A stretch of DNA of 64,000 nucleotides from Pseudomonadota bacterium (GTDB lineage: Bacteria > Myxococcota > JACRCW01 > JAFGSX01): the NCBI GenBank assembly GCA_043821645.1, contig JBDRCO010000089.1, positions 32,001 through 96,000 on the forward strand. The letters run 5' to 3'. This document shows, piece after piece, positions 45,848 through 55,720 of the stretch. The notes beneath the pieces are model-generated. The model saw nothing but the letters and a program-made list of their open reading frames with translations, was not told the origin of the DNA and made no database searches. Position numbers and translations under genes: made by a program. The number at the start of each line of letters is the position of its first letter. Positions within the stretch are counted from its first letter, which is position 1.

Positions 45848-47877
45848 GCGGATCCGCTGGCGATCGCACCAGCGAATTCCTCGCCGAGGCGGTCGAGATC
45901 GTCGACCGCATCCAGGCCGGTATCTCCAACCTGGACGAGGGGCGGCGCTCGGGGCAAGTGTCGCCTCGACACCTCAACGACCTGTTCCGCTCGGCACACT
46001 CCCTCAAGGGCCTGGCCGGCATCTTCGGCATCGAGACCCTGGTCGCCCTGGCTCACGAGTTCGAGAACCTGCTGCACGGCCTTCGCCTCGGCAAGGTCCA
46101 CCTCGGTGCCGAGCTCATGCGCGTGCTCGAGGAGACCGGCGACGTCTTCGGCAGACTGCTGCAGAATCTGCAGGGCGGCGAGGCCCACATCAGCGGCCTC
46201 GACGCTCTCGCGGCGCGCCTGCGCGAGGCCGCACAGGGTTCGGTCGAGGTTGCGGTGGATCCGATCCTCGACCTGGCACTGCCCGAGGGCGTGCGTGCGG
46301 TGCTCACCGAGTACGAGGAACACCGGCTTGCCGAGAACGCACGGTTGGGTACACCGCTGTTCCTGGTGCGCGCGGTGCTCCCGATGGCGACCTTCGACAC
46401 GCAACTCGCGAGTCTTGGGGAAAAGCTTAGCGAGGCAGGCGAGCTCCTCACCACGCTGCCGGGTGGCGAGGCGCCGGCCGATCACATCGAGTTCAAGATC
46501 CTGTTCACCTCGTCGCAGCCACCATCGGCCTGGGAGCACGATCTCCTTACCGGGGAGGGCGAGCTCGACGTCCACGCCGTGCTGCGGCGCAGTGAGACGG
46601 AAGGACCGGCACCGGCCCGGGTCGAGGAACCCGAGCCCGCGGTGGACCCCGAAGAAGCCAGGAGCGGAGGCCTGATCGGGGATTCCATCCGCGTCGACCT
46701 GCGCAAGCTGGATACCCTGATGAGCGTGGTGGGGGAGCTCTCGCTGGTCAAGGCCGAGGTCGGACGCGTGCTCACCCGGTTGCGCACGGTTCACGGCACC
46801 AACCTGATCGCACTCGATCTGCAGAAGACCTCCAGGGCTTTCGAGCGACACCTTTCCGAGTTGCAGCAGGGTCTGATGGATGTGCGCATGGTGCCCCTGC
46901 GCATGATCTTCGACCGCCTCGGCCGCACGGCCCGGCGTATCGCACGCGAGATGGGCAAGGACGTGCGCTTCCAGGTGACCGGTGAGGACACCGAGCTCGA
47001 CAAGGTCCTCATCGAGGAACTCTCGGATCCGCTTGTTCACCTCGTGCGCAATGCCATCGACCACGGCATCGAGCCCTCGACGGTGCGCGAGGCAGCAGCC
47101 AAGTCCCCCAACGGCACCGTCTCCATCCGTGCCTTTCCCAAGGGCCGGCACGTGGTGATCGAGGTCAGCGACGACGGAGCGGGCATCGACCCGGTGGCAC
47201 TGCGCCGGACCGCGCTGGAGCTGGGGCTGGTCGACGAGGAGCGGGTGGGCTCCCTGACCCAGAACGAGCTCTTTGCTTTCATCTTCCGCCCTGGCTTCAG
47301 CACGCGGCGCGAGGTGACCGAGGTTTCGGGCCGCGGCGTGGGTATGGACGTGGTCAAGACCAACATCGCACGGCTGTCCGGAGTCATCGACGTGGCCTCG
47401 ACCAAGGGGCGCGGCTCGACCTTCACCCTGACCCTGCCCATCACCCTGGCCATCGTGCAGGCCCTGGTGATCGGGGTCAGCGGTCGCACCTTCGCGCTGC
47501 CCCTGTCGTCGGTGCTCGAGATCCGGACCCTCGAACCCTGGGAGGTCCGCACCATCGAGGGCCGTGAGGTCGTGTTCGGGCGTGATGAGACCATTCCGCT
47601 GCTCTGGCTCTCCGACGTGTTCGGGCTCGGGCGCGTCGAGGTCGAGGGTGACCTGCGGCACGTCATCGTCATCGGGCTTGCCCAGAGCCGGCTGGGCCTG
47701 ATTGTCGACGAGCTCCAGGGCCAGCAGGACATCATCATCAAGCCCCTGGGCAGGCTCTTGCGCCGGGTTCCGGGTATCGCCGGTGCCACCGACCTGGGTG
47801 CCCAGGGCCTGGTGCTGGTCCTCGATGTGGGCGAACTGGCCAGCGCCCCCGAGACCTCCGTGCGCAAGGTGGGTTGA
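45844..47877 (+). CDS. cheA: Chemotaxis histidine kinase CheA
   Basis: Hpt FRSAHSLKG, HLVRNAIDHG, DDGAG, GFST..SGRGVGMDVV, C-terminal CheW domain. Confidence 0.96.
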   Translation: MSGSAGDRTSEFLAEAVEIVDRIQAGISNLDEGRRSGQVSPRHLNDLFRSAHSLKGLAGIFGIETLVALAHEFENLLHGLRLGKVHLGAELMRVLEETGDVFGRLLQNLQGGEAHISGLDALAARLREAAQGSVEVAVDPILDLALPEGVRAVLTEYEEHRLAENARLGTPLFLVRAVLPMATFDTQLASLGEKLSEAGELLTTLPGGEAPADHIEFKILFTSSQPPSAWEHDLLTGEGELDVHAVLRRSETEGPAPARVEEPEPAVDPEEARSGGLIGDSIRVDLRKLDTLMSVVGELSLVKAEVGRVLTRLRTVHGTNLIALDLQKTSRAFERHLSELQQGLMDVRMVPLRMIFDRLGRTARRIAREMGKDVRFQVTGEDTELDKVLIEELSDPLVHLVRNAIDHGIEPSTVREAAAKSPNGTVSIRAFPKGRHVVIEVSDDGAGIDPVALRRTALELGLVDEERVGSLTQNELFAFIFRPGFSTRREVTEVSGRGVGMDVVKTNIARLSGVIDVASTKGRGSTFTLTLPITLAIVQALVIGVSGRTFALPLSSVLEIRTLEPWEVRTIEGREVVFGRDETIPLLWLSDVFGLGRVEVEGDLRHVIVIGLAQSRLGLIVDELQGQQDIIIKPLGRLLRRVPGIAGATDLGAQGLVLVLDVGELASAPETSVRKVG

Positions 47878-47881
47878 GCAG

Positions 47882-48730
47882 ATGTATCGGTCGTACTACG
47901 AGCTCAAGCTCCGCCCCTTCAGCAAGACGCCGGATCCGGCCTTCCTGTACCGCGGCCGGGTTCACGGCGAGGCGCTGGCGAGGCTCGAACTTGGCGTCGA
48001 GGAACGCGAGATCGTGCTGCTAACCGGTGAGATCGGCTGCGGCAAGACCACACTGTCGCGGACCCTGGTGGACAGTCTGGGGGAGTCCCACCGCATTGCC
48101 CTCATCGTGCATCCCCGGATGTCCGCCACCCAGCTGCTGGAGCAGATCGCGGCACGCCTGGGCGTGGATCCGGTGCCACGGCGCAAGAGCGCGCTGGTCG
48201 ACGCCCTGACCGCCCAGCTGTTCAACCTGGATGAGGCAGGGCTGACACCGGTGGTGATCATCGACGAGGCCCAGCTGATCAGCGCCAAGGGCGTGTTCGA
48301 TGAACTCCGGCTGCTGTGCAACATCCAGCTCGACGACCGAGGTTTGCTCAGCCTGGTGCTCATCGGCCAGCCCGAGCTCAAGAAGAAGCTGGCACGACCA
48401 GCGTACCGGGCCTTCGCCGAGCGCATCGGACTGGGCTTTCACCTGGACCGCTTCGACCTCGAGGAGACCCGACGTTACGTCGCCCACCGGGTACAGGTGG
48501 CGGGCCGCCAGCGGGCACTTTTCACCGAGGACGCGGTGGCCGGCATCCACCACGCCGCGGACGGTGTGCCCCGGCGCATCAACAACATCGCTGCCAATTG
48601 CTTGCTGCAAGGATTCGGGCGCGAACGGGATCCTGTGGATGCCGAGATCGTGCGCGAGGTGGTCCAGGATCTGGCGCAGTTCCTGGGCGGCATCTACCGC
48701 ACCCCGGAGAACGTGGGGCGGGAGCCATAG
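47882..48730 (+). CDS. ExeA/GspA-like AAA ATPase
   Basis: PFSKTPDP, Walker A GEIGCGKT, IIDEAQ, LIGQPEL, GVPRRIN. Confidence 0.9.
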   Translation: MYRSYYELKLRPFSKTPDPAFLYRGRVHGEALARLELGVEEREIVLLTGEIGCGKTTLSRTLVDSLGESHRIALIVHPRMSATQLLEQIAARLGVDPVPRRKSALVDALTAQLFNLDEAGLTPVVIIDEAQLISAKGVFDELRLLCNIQLDDRGLLSLVLIGQPELKKKLARPAYRAFAERIGLGFHLDRFDLEETRRYVAHRVQVAGRQRALFTEDAVAGIHHAADGVPRRINNIAANCLLQGFGRERDPVDAEIVREVVQDLAQFLGGIYRTPENVGREP

Positions 48731-49603
48731 ATGGACATCCTCGAGATCCGGCGGCGCGCCAAGGCGCGTCAGGAGCACAAGGGCCCGACGCCAGGAAGCG
48801 AGCCCCGGACCGACAGCACGGCAAAGGCCGACGCGGCCGCGCGGGGCACGCCCTCTGCTCGTGCCGCCGAGGAACCCCTGGCGGCGCGTGCTGTCGGGAC
48901 CTCCGCGCCGAGCCGCCCGGCACCCGTTTCGGCGCAGAATAAACCTGCCGCGGCAGCGCCGGCCACGTCGCGCGAGGTGCCGAGATCAAAGGTCGCGGAG
49001 CCGCCGAGGGTCGAGGTCCAGGCCGTGACCGACGAGGAAGAGGACGAGCACATCCTGGCCGAGTTCTTTGCCTCGGAGCGCGATGCGGCGATCAATCGCT
49101 TTGCGGATCCGACGTTGTTCTCCTCGGCTCGCGTGTTCGGGCGCGTGAGCCCGGACAGCACGCGCTACCTGACCTGCCGTGTGGGGTCCGAGGAATATGG
49201 CGTGGAGCTGTCGCGGACCCGCGAGATCTTGAAACCCCTCAAGCTGACCCCGGTGCCCCGCGCCCCGGCCGAGGTCCTTGGTGTGATCTCGCTGCGCGGC
49301 CAGGTCCTGCCCGTGGTGGACCTGACGCAGCGCCTGGGGGGGCAGGCGACGCCCCAGCCACTTCGTACGGAGCGCTACGTGGTGCTGCAACTGCAGGGAG
49401 ATCTGCTGTGCATTCGCGTCGACGCGGTGAGCGGCGTGGTGGGCTTCGGCGCCGCCGAGATCGAGCCACCTCCCAAGAAGGTACGGGGTCTGGACAGCGA
49501 TGCGGTGGCCGGCATCGGCCGGATCGACGAGCGCATGATCATCCTGCTGCGCATCGAGGAGCTGGTCCACGCGCTCTTCAACGATCACGGGGGTGTGGCG
49601 TGA
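48731..49603 (+). CDS. cheW: CheW with a long disordered N-terminus
   Basis: EEYGV..REI..TPVPRAP..LGVISLRGQVLPVVDL. Confidence 0.9.
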   Translation: MDILEIRRRAKARQEHKGPTPGSEPRTDSTAKADAAARGTPSARAAEEPLAARAVGTSAPSRPAPVSAQNKPAAAAPATSREVPRSKVAEPPRVEVQAVTDEEEDEHILAEFFASERDAAINRFADPTLFSSARVFGRVSPDSTRYLTCRVGSEEYGVELSRTREILKPLKLTPVPRAPAEVLGVISLRGQVLPVVDLTQRLGGQATPQPLRTERYVVLQLQGDLLCIRVDAVSGVVGFGAAEIEPPPKKVRGLDSDAVAGIGRIDERMIILLRIEELVHALFNDHGGVA

Positions 49604-50100
49604 GCATGCCCAGCACCGTGCAGCTTCTGACCTTCCTGGTGGACAGCGACGAGTACGCCCTCGACATCATGCGTGTGCGCGAGATCGCGCGGCCCCTCCC
49701 GGTACGACCCATCCCGGGGGCGCCTGCGGGGCTGGTGGGTGTGATCAACCTGCGCCATACCGAGGTGATCCCCATCATCGACCTGCGCCGGCGCTTCGAG
49801 TTGCCGCCCGCGGCCGAGCTGCGCAACCAGCGCATCATCGTGTGTGTCGTCGAGGCGCGCCTCATCGGACTGTTCGTCGACGAGGTGGTGGACGTCGTCA
49901 ACGTGGAGCGTCGGGACATCCACAGCGGGAGCGGGATCTTTCGAGGCAAGGCAGCCGGATTGTTCGCGGGTGTCTGTCACGTCCGCAATCGACTGCTGGT
50001 GCTGCTCAATCTCAAGCGATTACTGTCGTCGGAAGATCGCATCGCGATCGATGCGGTGCGCCAGGAGATCGCCAGCGCCCGGGCTGGAGAGGAATCATGA
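49600..50100 (+). CDS. cheW: CheW
   Basis: EYALDIMRVREI..GVINLR..IPIIDLR..GLFVDEV. Confidence 0.9.
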   Translation: MSMPSTVQLLTFLVDSDEYALDIMRVREIARPLPVRPIPGAPAGLVGVINLRHTEVIPIIDLRRRFELPPAAELRNQRIIVCVVEARLIGLFVDEVVDVVNVERRDIHSGSGIFRGKAAGLFAGVCHVRNRLLVLLNLKRLLSSEDRIAIDAVRQEIASARAGEES

Positions 50101-50960
50101 GCGAGAAGGCCTACTACTGTCCCGAGTGCGGCAGGCGGTACCTGCTCGACCTCGTCGTCCCGGAGCAGACGGTCCGAGTGGTATGCGGGAGCTGCGAGGT
50201 CCTGTTCGATCCCGAGCAGGCCACCGCGCACCCGATCCCGGAAGGCGGGTTGTCAGGGGCCTCCTCGGTGATGGTGGCCCACGAGTCGCCTTCGGTCTGC
50301 GCCTCCGTGGGGCGGGTTCTGCGCAGCTCGGGCTACGTGCCGCGTTACGTGCACACGGGGACAGCAGCCCTGGCCGCCTTTGATCGCGCGCTCCTGGATC
50401 TGCCAGTCGCCCTGGTTCTCGACGTCGGTGTGCCCGAGATGCTGGCCTTCGACGTGATGGCCAGCCTGCGGCGACGCGAGGACCTGCGCGCGTTGCCCAT
50501 CGTGCTCCTGGCCTCGGTGTTCGACCCGACCCGCTACAAGCGGCGACCGTCGACACTGCACGGCGCCAACACCTACCTCGAGCTGCACCACGTACCGGAT
50601 CGACTCCCCGAGATTCTCCGCGAGCACCTCGGGGATGGGCTCGCCCGCGGCTATCGGGGGCACCTGCCCGGCGAGTATGCGGTCTCCGAGGCCATTCGCC
50701 AGGGAGCCGAGGTCGACGGCGATGATCGCGCACGCATCGACGCGCGCCGTATCGTGTCCGACATCGCGCTCTACCATGAACAGGAGATCTTGCAGGGGCT
50801 GGCCGAGGATGACCTCGAGCAGCGCCTGCAGGATGCGTTCGAGGAAGGACGCCAGCTGTTCCTGAAGGCGACGCGAGAACTGGGGCCGCTCCGGGGTGAT
50901 CCTTACCAGCAAGCGGTGAAAGATCTGGTGGCCTCGATTCGTCGCCGCAGCGAGATGTGA
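50097..50960 (+). CDS. Zinc-ribbon + atypical receiver + helical C-terminal domain protein
   Basis: CPEC-x16-CGSC; receiver-like LVLDVG..PIVLLAS; ARRIVSDIALY. Confidence 0.8.
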   Translation: MSEKAYYCPECGRRYLLDLVVPEQTVRVVCGSCEVLFDPEQATAHPIPEGGLSGASSVMVAHESPSVCASVGRVLRSSGYVPRYVHTGTAALAAFDRALLDLPVALVLDVGVPEMLAFDVMASLRRREDLRALPIVLLASVFDPTRYKRRPSTLHGANTYLELHHVPDRLPEILREHLGDGLARGYRGHLPGEYAVSEAIRQGAEVDGDDRARIDARRIVSDIALYHEQEILQGLAEDDLEQRLQDAFEEGRQLFLKATRELGPLRGDPYQQAVKDLVASIRRRSEM

Positions 50961-51002
50961 GTCGCGACGTCGCCAGGGCGAAGAGGAGGACCAAGGAGAA
51001 CC

Positions 51003-53198
51003 GTGGCAGACCTGCAGTCCATACGCGAGGACCTGGCTTCCCCCGACGAGGAGGTGCGCTACCAGGCGGTACGCCTGTCCTCCACCCTGGGGCCGGACGA
51101 GCTGCGCGTGGCTCTGGCGGACGTTCTTGGAGATGACTCCTGGCGGGTTCGCAAGCAGGCGGTGGCCCTTCTCGCCCGGGTGGTCGACGACACGACCGCC
51201 TGGCAACTGGTACAGACAGGGATCGGCGATCCCGATAACGCCGGTCATCGCGCCTCGGCCCTGGAGTTGCTCGGTGAACTGCTACCGCGCCTGTGGTTCA
51301 GGCTGCTGCAGCTCAGCCGCGATCCCTCACCAGCCCTTCGCAAGTTTGCTATCGACGCCGTGGCAGCCCATCCCTCGGTCGAGGCGCTCACCTTGCTGGA
51401 GGAGCGGCTTGCGGAGGGAGACGCCAACGTGCGTGCCGCGGCGGTCGAGGTTGTCGGCCGGATCGATCATCCCCGGTCCCGGGGCCTGCTGCGCCAGGTG
51501 GTGGAGGAGCGGGCCCGGCGTGACGCTCTCGAGGTTGTGGCGGCGCTGCATGGTCTGGTTGAGCTGCGCGAGGACCTGCCCCAGGCGATGTTGCTGCCGA
51601 TGCTGGCGGACCCCTTGCTCCGCCCCCCGGCCTTGCAGCTCCTCGCGCGCTGCCCCGGCACCGAGGTTATTGAGTTGCTGGTGTCCGCGCTGGATCCCAG
51701 GAGCCCGAGCAAGGCCCGGGCGGCGGCCGGGGGACTTGCGGAACGGGGTCGCCGGGGTGACGAGGACCTGCGCAGCGTGGCGATGGCTCTGCGTCGTGGT
51801 CGCGACGTGCCCCAGGCTCTTCGCCTGGTGTTTCAGTCGCACAGCCTGGTCGATGCGCGAGCAGCGAGCGTGCTGGCCGGCTGGCTGGCGGATACCGAGC
51901 TGGTCGCGGATCTTTACACTCTGCGCCGGGGACGCTGGGTCGAGCGCGATCTGATGGATGCGCTGCGTCGCTGCGGACCCGAGCGCGGCGTGGCCCTGGC
52001 GAACCGGCTGGACAGCATGGAGCCCGGAGACCAGGTGGTGGCCATCGATGCGCTGTCCGTGGTTGCAGACGATACGTGCCTGACTCCCGTCGAGCGCCTG
52101 CTGCGCTTCGGGCGGGGTCAAGCCGCTGCCACCGCCGCGCGCTGTCTGGGCGAGCTGGGCGGCCTGCAGCGGTGCGCCTCCCTCGAGGGCTTGCTTAGCG
52201 ACAGCGATGCGACTCTGGCCGCAACCTGTCGGATCGCTCTGGACCGGATCCGGGCGCGGCACGGGCTGGTACTGGCCGAGAGTCCACCGCGGATTCCTTC
52301 CCCGGAGCTCCCGCTGACCCAGCGCTCCTCGGCGAGCGATCTGGGGGCCGTGGCACCGCTGTCGAGAGGGACTTTCCAGACGCTTCGCGATGCCATCCGG
52401 GACCGAACCGGTATCCACTTCGCGGAGGATGCGGTGGAGCGTCTGGAGATGCGCCTGCGCCCGCGCCTGCTCGAACTCGGGATCCAGCAATTCGAGGCCT
52501 ACGTGCAGCTCCTCCAGCGTGGCGAGGACGCGAGCCAGGCGGAATTCGGGGCCCTGGTCGAGCGCATCACCACCCACGAGACCTATTTCTTCCGCGAGAA
52601 GCACCAGCTCGACGCCTTCGTGGGCGAGGTGCTGCCGGATCTGAAGCAGCGACGGCAACGCGATCGCCGTCTGCGCGTCTGGTCGGCAGGTTGCGCTACT
52701 GGCGAGGAGGTCTACACCCTGGGCATGCTGATTCAGGACTGCGGCCTGTTCGCGGACTGGGACATCGAACTCGTCGGTTCGGACATTGCTTCCACGGTCA
52801 TCGCCCGCGCCCGCCAGGGAGTGTATGGCGACAACAGTTTCCGCGACGACGACCGAAGCTACCTGGAACGCCATTTCGAGCGCCAGGGCGATCGCTTTCG
52901 CATCAAGGACAGCCTGCGCCGGCTGACCCAGTTCAACGTCCTCAATCTTCTCAACCGGGAAGCACTCGGTGAGCTCCCGGGTTTCGACGCCATCTTCTGC
53001 CGCAACGTGCTCATCTACTTCCACCAGGAGGCCAAGCTGCAACTCGTGGACAGCTTCTACAAGCTGCTCAGGCCGGGTGGATACCTGATGCTGGGGCACG
53101 CCGAATCCTTGCTCAACCTGTCCACGGACTTCGAGGTGGTACCCCTGCGGACGGACCTGGTCTACCGTCGCCCTGGCGCCGCCCAGGTGGCTTCATGA
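51003..53198 (+). CDS. cheR: HEAT-repeat + CheR methyltransferase fusion
   Basis: DEEVRYQA/DDSWRVRKQA HEAT repeats; TTHETYFFRE, WSAGCATGEE, FCRNVLIYF, LGHAES. Confidence 0.92.
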   Translation: MADLQSIREDLASPDEEVRYQAVRLSSTLGPDELRVALADVLGDDSWRVRKQAVALLARVVDDTTAWQLVQTGIGDPDNAGHRASALELLGELLPRLWFRLLQLSRDPSPALRKFAIDAVAAHPSVEALTLLEERLAEGDANVRAAAVEVVGRIDHPRSRGLLRQVVEERARRDALEVVAALHGLVELREDLPQAMLLPMLADPLLRPPALQLLARCPGTEVIELLVSALDPRSPSKARAAAGGLAERGRRGDEDLRSVAMALRRGRDVPQALRLVFQSHSLVDARAASVLAGWLADTELVADLYTLRRGRWVERDLMDALRRCGPERGVALANRLDSMEPGDQVVAIDALSVVADDTCLTPVERLLRFGRGQAAATAARCLGELGGLQRCASLEGLLSDSDATLAATCRIALDRIRARHGLVLAESPPRIPSPELPLTQRSSASDLGAVAPLSRGTFQTLRDAIRDRTGIHFAEDAVERLEMRLRPRLLELGIQQFEAYVQLLQRGEDASQAEFGALVERITTHETYFFREKHQLDAFVGEVLPDLKQRRQRDRRLRVWSAGCATGEEVYTLGMLIQDCGLFADWDIELVGSDIASTVIARARQGVYGDNSFRDDDRSYLERHFERQGDRFRIKDSLRRLTQFNVLNLLNREALGELPGFDAIFCRNVLIYFHQEAKLQLVDSFYKLLRPGGYLMLGHAESLLNLSTDFEVVPLRTDLVYRRPGAAQVAS

Positions 53199-54265
53199 GC
53201 GCGTCCACTCCCATCCGTGTGCTCATCGTCGACGACTCCGCCGCGGGGCGTGCTGCCATCGCCGAGGTCCTCGACGCTGCGGGTGACATCCAGGTGGTGG
53301 GTCGCGCCATGGATGGCGCCGAGGCCTTGCAGCTGGTTCAGCGCCTGCAACCGGATCTGTTGACCCTGGACCTCGAGATGCCGCGCATGGACGGCTTTTC
53401 CTTCCTGCGCATCATGCGTGCCCAGCGTCCGCGACCTGTCATCGTCGTCAGCAGCGACACTCGACCCGAAGCTTCGATCCAGGCCCTCGAGCTGGGGGCT
53501 TTTGACTTCGTGGTCAAACCCGGACGGCTGACCGGGCAGAACCTGGTGGCGATGGGTGAGCAGCTCGTGCTCACGATCCGGGCCGCCCTGGGCAAGCGGG
53601 CTCCAGCGCCCGTGCAGTTCGAGCGTCGGCCGCCAGGGAGCGCCACCCTGAACGCGATCCGGGTGCCACCCGAGCGCGTGCGTCTGATCGCGATCGGAGC
53701 CTCCACCGGTGGCCCCATGGCCATCCAGAGCATCCTCAGCGAGCTGGCGGAGCCCCTCGACTGCCCCGTGATCATTGCCCAGCACATGCCTGCGCAATTC
53801 ACCTACGCCTTCGCCGATCGCCTGGATCGGACGCTGACGCACCGCGTGCACGAAGCCCGGGACGGGGATGTCTTGGAGCCCGGCCAGGTGCTGATCGCGC
53901 CGGGCGGTCAGCGCACCACGGTGGGTTTCGACGCCGAGGGCACGCTGGTAGCGCGGGTTTCCGCGATGCCGGAGCGAGATCCGTACACGCCATCGGTGGA
54001 CAGGCTGTTCGAGACCGCCGCCGCGTGCTGTCGCGCCGAGCTGGTCGCCGTGGTGCTCACGGGCATGGGAGCCGACGGCGCCATGGGCGTGCGCGCCGTC
54101 GACGAGCTGGGTGGCCTGGTGATCACCGAGTCCCCGGAGACCGCGCTCATCGATGGCATGCCCGAGGAGGCGCGACGGGCGTGTCCGAGCGCGCGTTCCT
54201 TGCGTCTGGACCAGATCGCACGCGTCCTGAGCAAGCTCGGGCGCCTGCGCCAGACCGAGGCATGA
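53195..54265 (+). CDS. cheB: CheB protein-glutamate methylesterase (receiver + esterase)
   Basis: DLEMP receiver; catalytic GASTGG, QHMP, TGMGADG. Confidence 0.95.
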   Translation: MSASTPIRVLIVDDSAAGRAAIAEVLDAAGDIQVVGRAMDGAEALQLVQRLQPDLLTLDLEMPRMDGFSFLRIMRAQRPRPVIVVSSDTRPEASIQALELGAFDFVVKPGRLTGQNLVAMGEQLVLTIRAALGKRAPAPVQFERRPPGSATLNAIRVPPERVRLIAIGASTGGPMAIQSILSELAEPLDCPVIIAQHMPAQFTYAFADRLDRTLTHRVHEARDGDVLEPGQVLIAPGGQRTTVGFDAEGTLVARVSAMPERDPYTPSVDRLFETAAACCRAELVAVVLTGMGADGAMGVRAVDELGGLVITESPETALIDGMPEEARRACPSARSLRLDQIARVLSKLGRLRQTEA

Positions 54266-54346
54266 CGTGGGCCCAGCCCTGTGCTTGAGCGTGGCTGCGC
54301 CGTCGTGGTAGTGACATCTGGCGTTAGGAAACACGGAGAGGACCAC

Positions 54347-55207
54347 ATGGCTGCGAAGAAGACGCCCTCCAAGACCCGGGGCCAGGAAGGAGCCGGCGGC
54401 CTGTTCGATGGTCGCGAGGACTTCATCCAGGTCTTCAAGCGTGGAGCCGAGTTCTACGAGGAGCTGCTCGGAGAGAACGAGCGCCTGCGCTACCGCAATG
54501 CATCCCTCGAGGACGAGCTGGCCGCCCTGCACAAGGGCATCGAGGAGACCGGTCTGATCGAGCAGCTGCGGCGGCAGATTACCGAGCTCACGGCCGAGCG
54601 CGAGAGCCTGCTGGGTCGTTTCCGGGACGTCGAGAAGGCCAGCTCGGACTACGCCTCGCGGTATGCCGAGATCGAGGAAGAACACAACACCCTGGCCAAC
54701 CTGTACATCGCCAGCTACCAGCTGCACTCGACGCTGTCCTTTGCCGAGGTGGTGCGCATCATCCTTGAGATCGCCATCAACCTGATCGGCATCGGGCGCC
54801 TGGTCCTGTACGTGCTTGACCGCGCCCAGAACAAGCTCTTCCCGGTGGCCGGCGACGGCCTGGGAGAGCAGTTCGACGTGGTGCAGCGCGCGCCGGTGGA
54901 GGTGGGGCAGGGCATCATCGGCGAGGCCCTGGCCAGCGGCACGCAGTACATCTCGGATCCGCCCGACGAGAGGAGTGGTGTGCTCGCGGTGATACCGCTG
55001 ATGGCCGGAGAGCGCGCCGTGGGTGCCCTGGTGCTCGAGCGCTTCCTGCAACAGAAGAGCGCGTGGCACCGCGTGGATCACGAACTGTTCACCTTGCTCG
55101 GTGCGCACGCCGGCACGGCACTGCAAGCGGCGGTGATGGCGGCCAGCATCGAGGGCGATACCCTGACCGAGGCGCGCGCCCGGCAGCTGCTGACGGAGCA
55201 CACATGA
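54347..55207 (+). CDS. Coiled-coil + GAF domain protein
   Basis: N-terminal heptad coiled coil; LANLYIASYQLHSTL; GAF VGQGIIG..AVIPL. Confidence 0.8.
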   Translation: MAAKKTPSKTRGQEGAGGLFDGREDFIQVFKRGAEFYEELLGENERLRYRNASLEDELAALHKGIEETGLIEQLRRQITELTAERESLLGRFRDVEKASSDYASRYAEIEEEHNTLANLYIASYQLHSTLSFAEVVRIILEIAINLIGIGRLVLYVLDRAQNKLFPVAGDGLGEQFDVVQRAPVEVGQGIIGEALASGTQYISDPPDERSGVLAVIPLMAGERAVGALVLERFLQQKSAWHRVDHELFTLLGAHAGTALQAAVMAASIEGDTLTEARARQLLTEHT

Positions 55208-55584
55208 GCCAGACACTCCACGCACTGGTGGTCGAAGATTCGCCGACCATGCGACAGCTCATCGTGTTCGCGCTGTCCCGCATCCGCAACCTGCGGGTGA
55301 TCGAGGCCGAGGACGGCGTCGATGGGCTCAAGAAGCTGAGCCAGCAGAAGTTCGACATTCTCATCACCGACATCAACATGCCGATGATGGACGGGCTCAA
55401 GCTGGTCTCCATGGTGCGCCGCGACGAGGTGCACAAGGACATCCCCATCGTCATCATCACCACCGAGGGAGCCCAGGAGGACCGCCAGCGTGCCCTCAGC
55501 CTGGGTGCCAACGCCTACATCACCAAGCCCATCCAGGCACCTCAGGTCATCAGCAAGATCAAAGAGTTGCTTCAGATCAGCTGA
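55204..55584 (+). CDS. cheY: CheY-like response regulator
   Basis: VVEDS, TDINMP, IITT, TKP. Confidence 0.92.
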   Translation: MSQTLHALVVEDSPTMRQLIVFALSRIRNLRVIEAEDGVDGLKKLSQQKFDILITDINMPMMDGLKLVSMVRRDEVHKDIPIVIITTEGAQEDRQRALSLGANAYITKPIQAPQVISKIKELLQIS

Positions 55585-55720
55585 TCCTGCACCGAGGCCC
55601 GGGCATCCCGGCGACGTGCACTCCCTGCCGGCTCGGACTGTGACCAAAAGCACAGCCACTGCGATACTATGGGCAAGGGGGCGATGAACCCTGTCGGGGG
55701 GCACGCAGCCGGAGGCGCGC

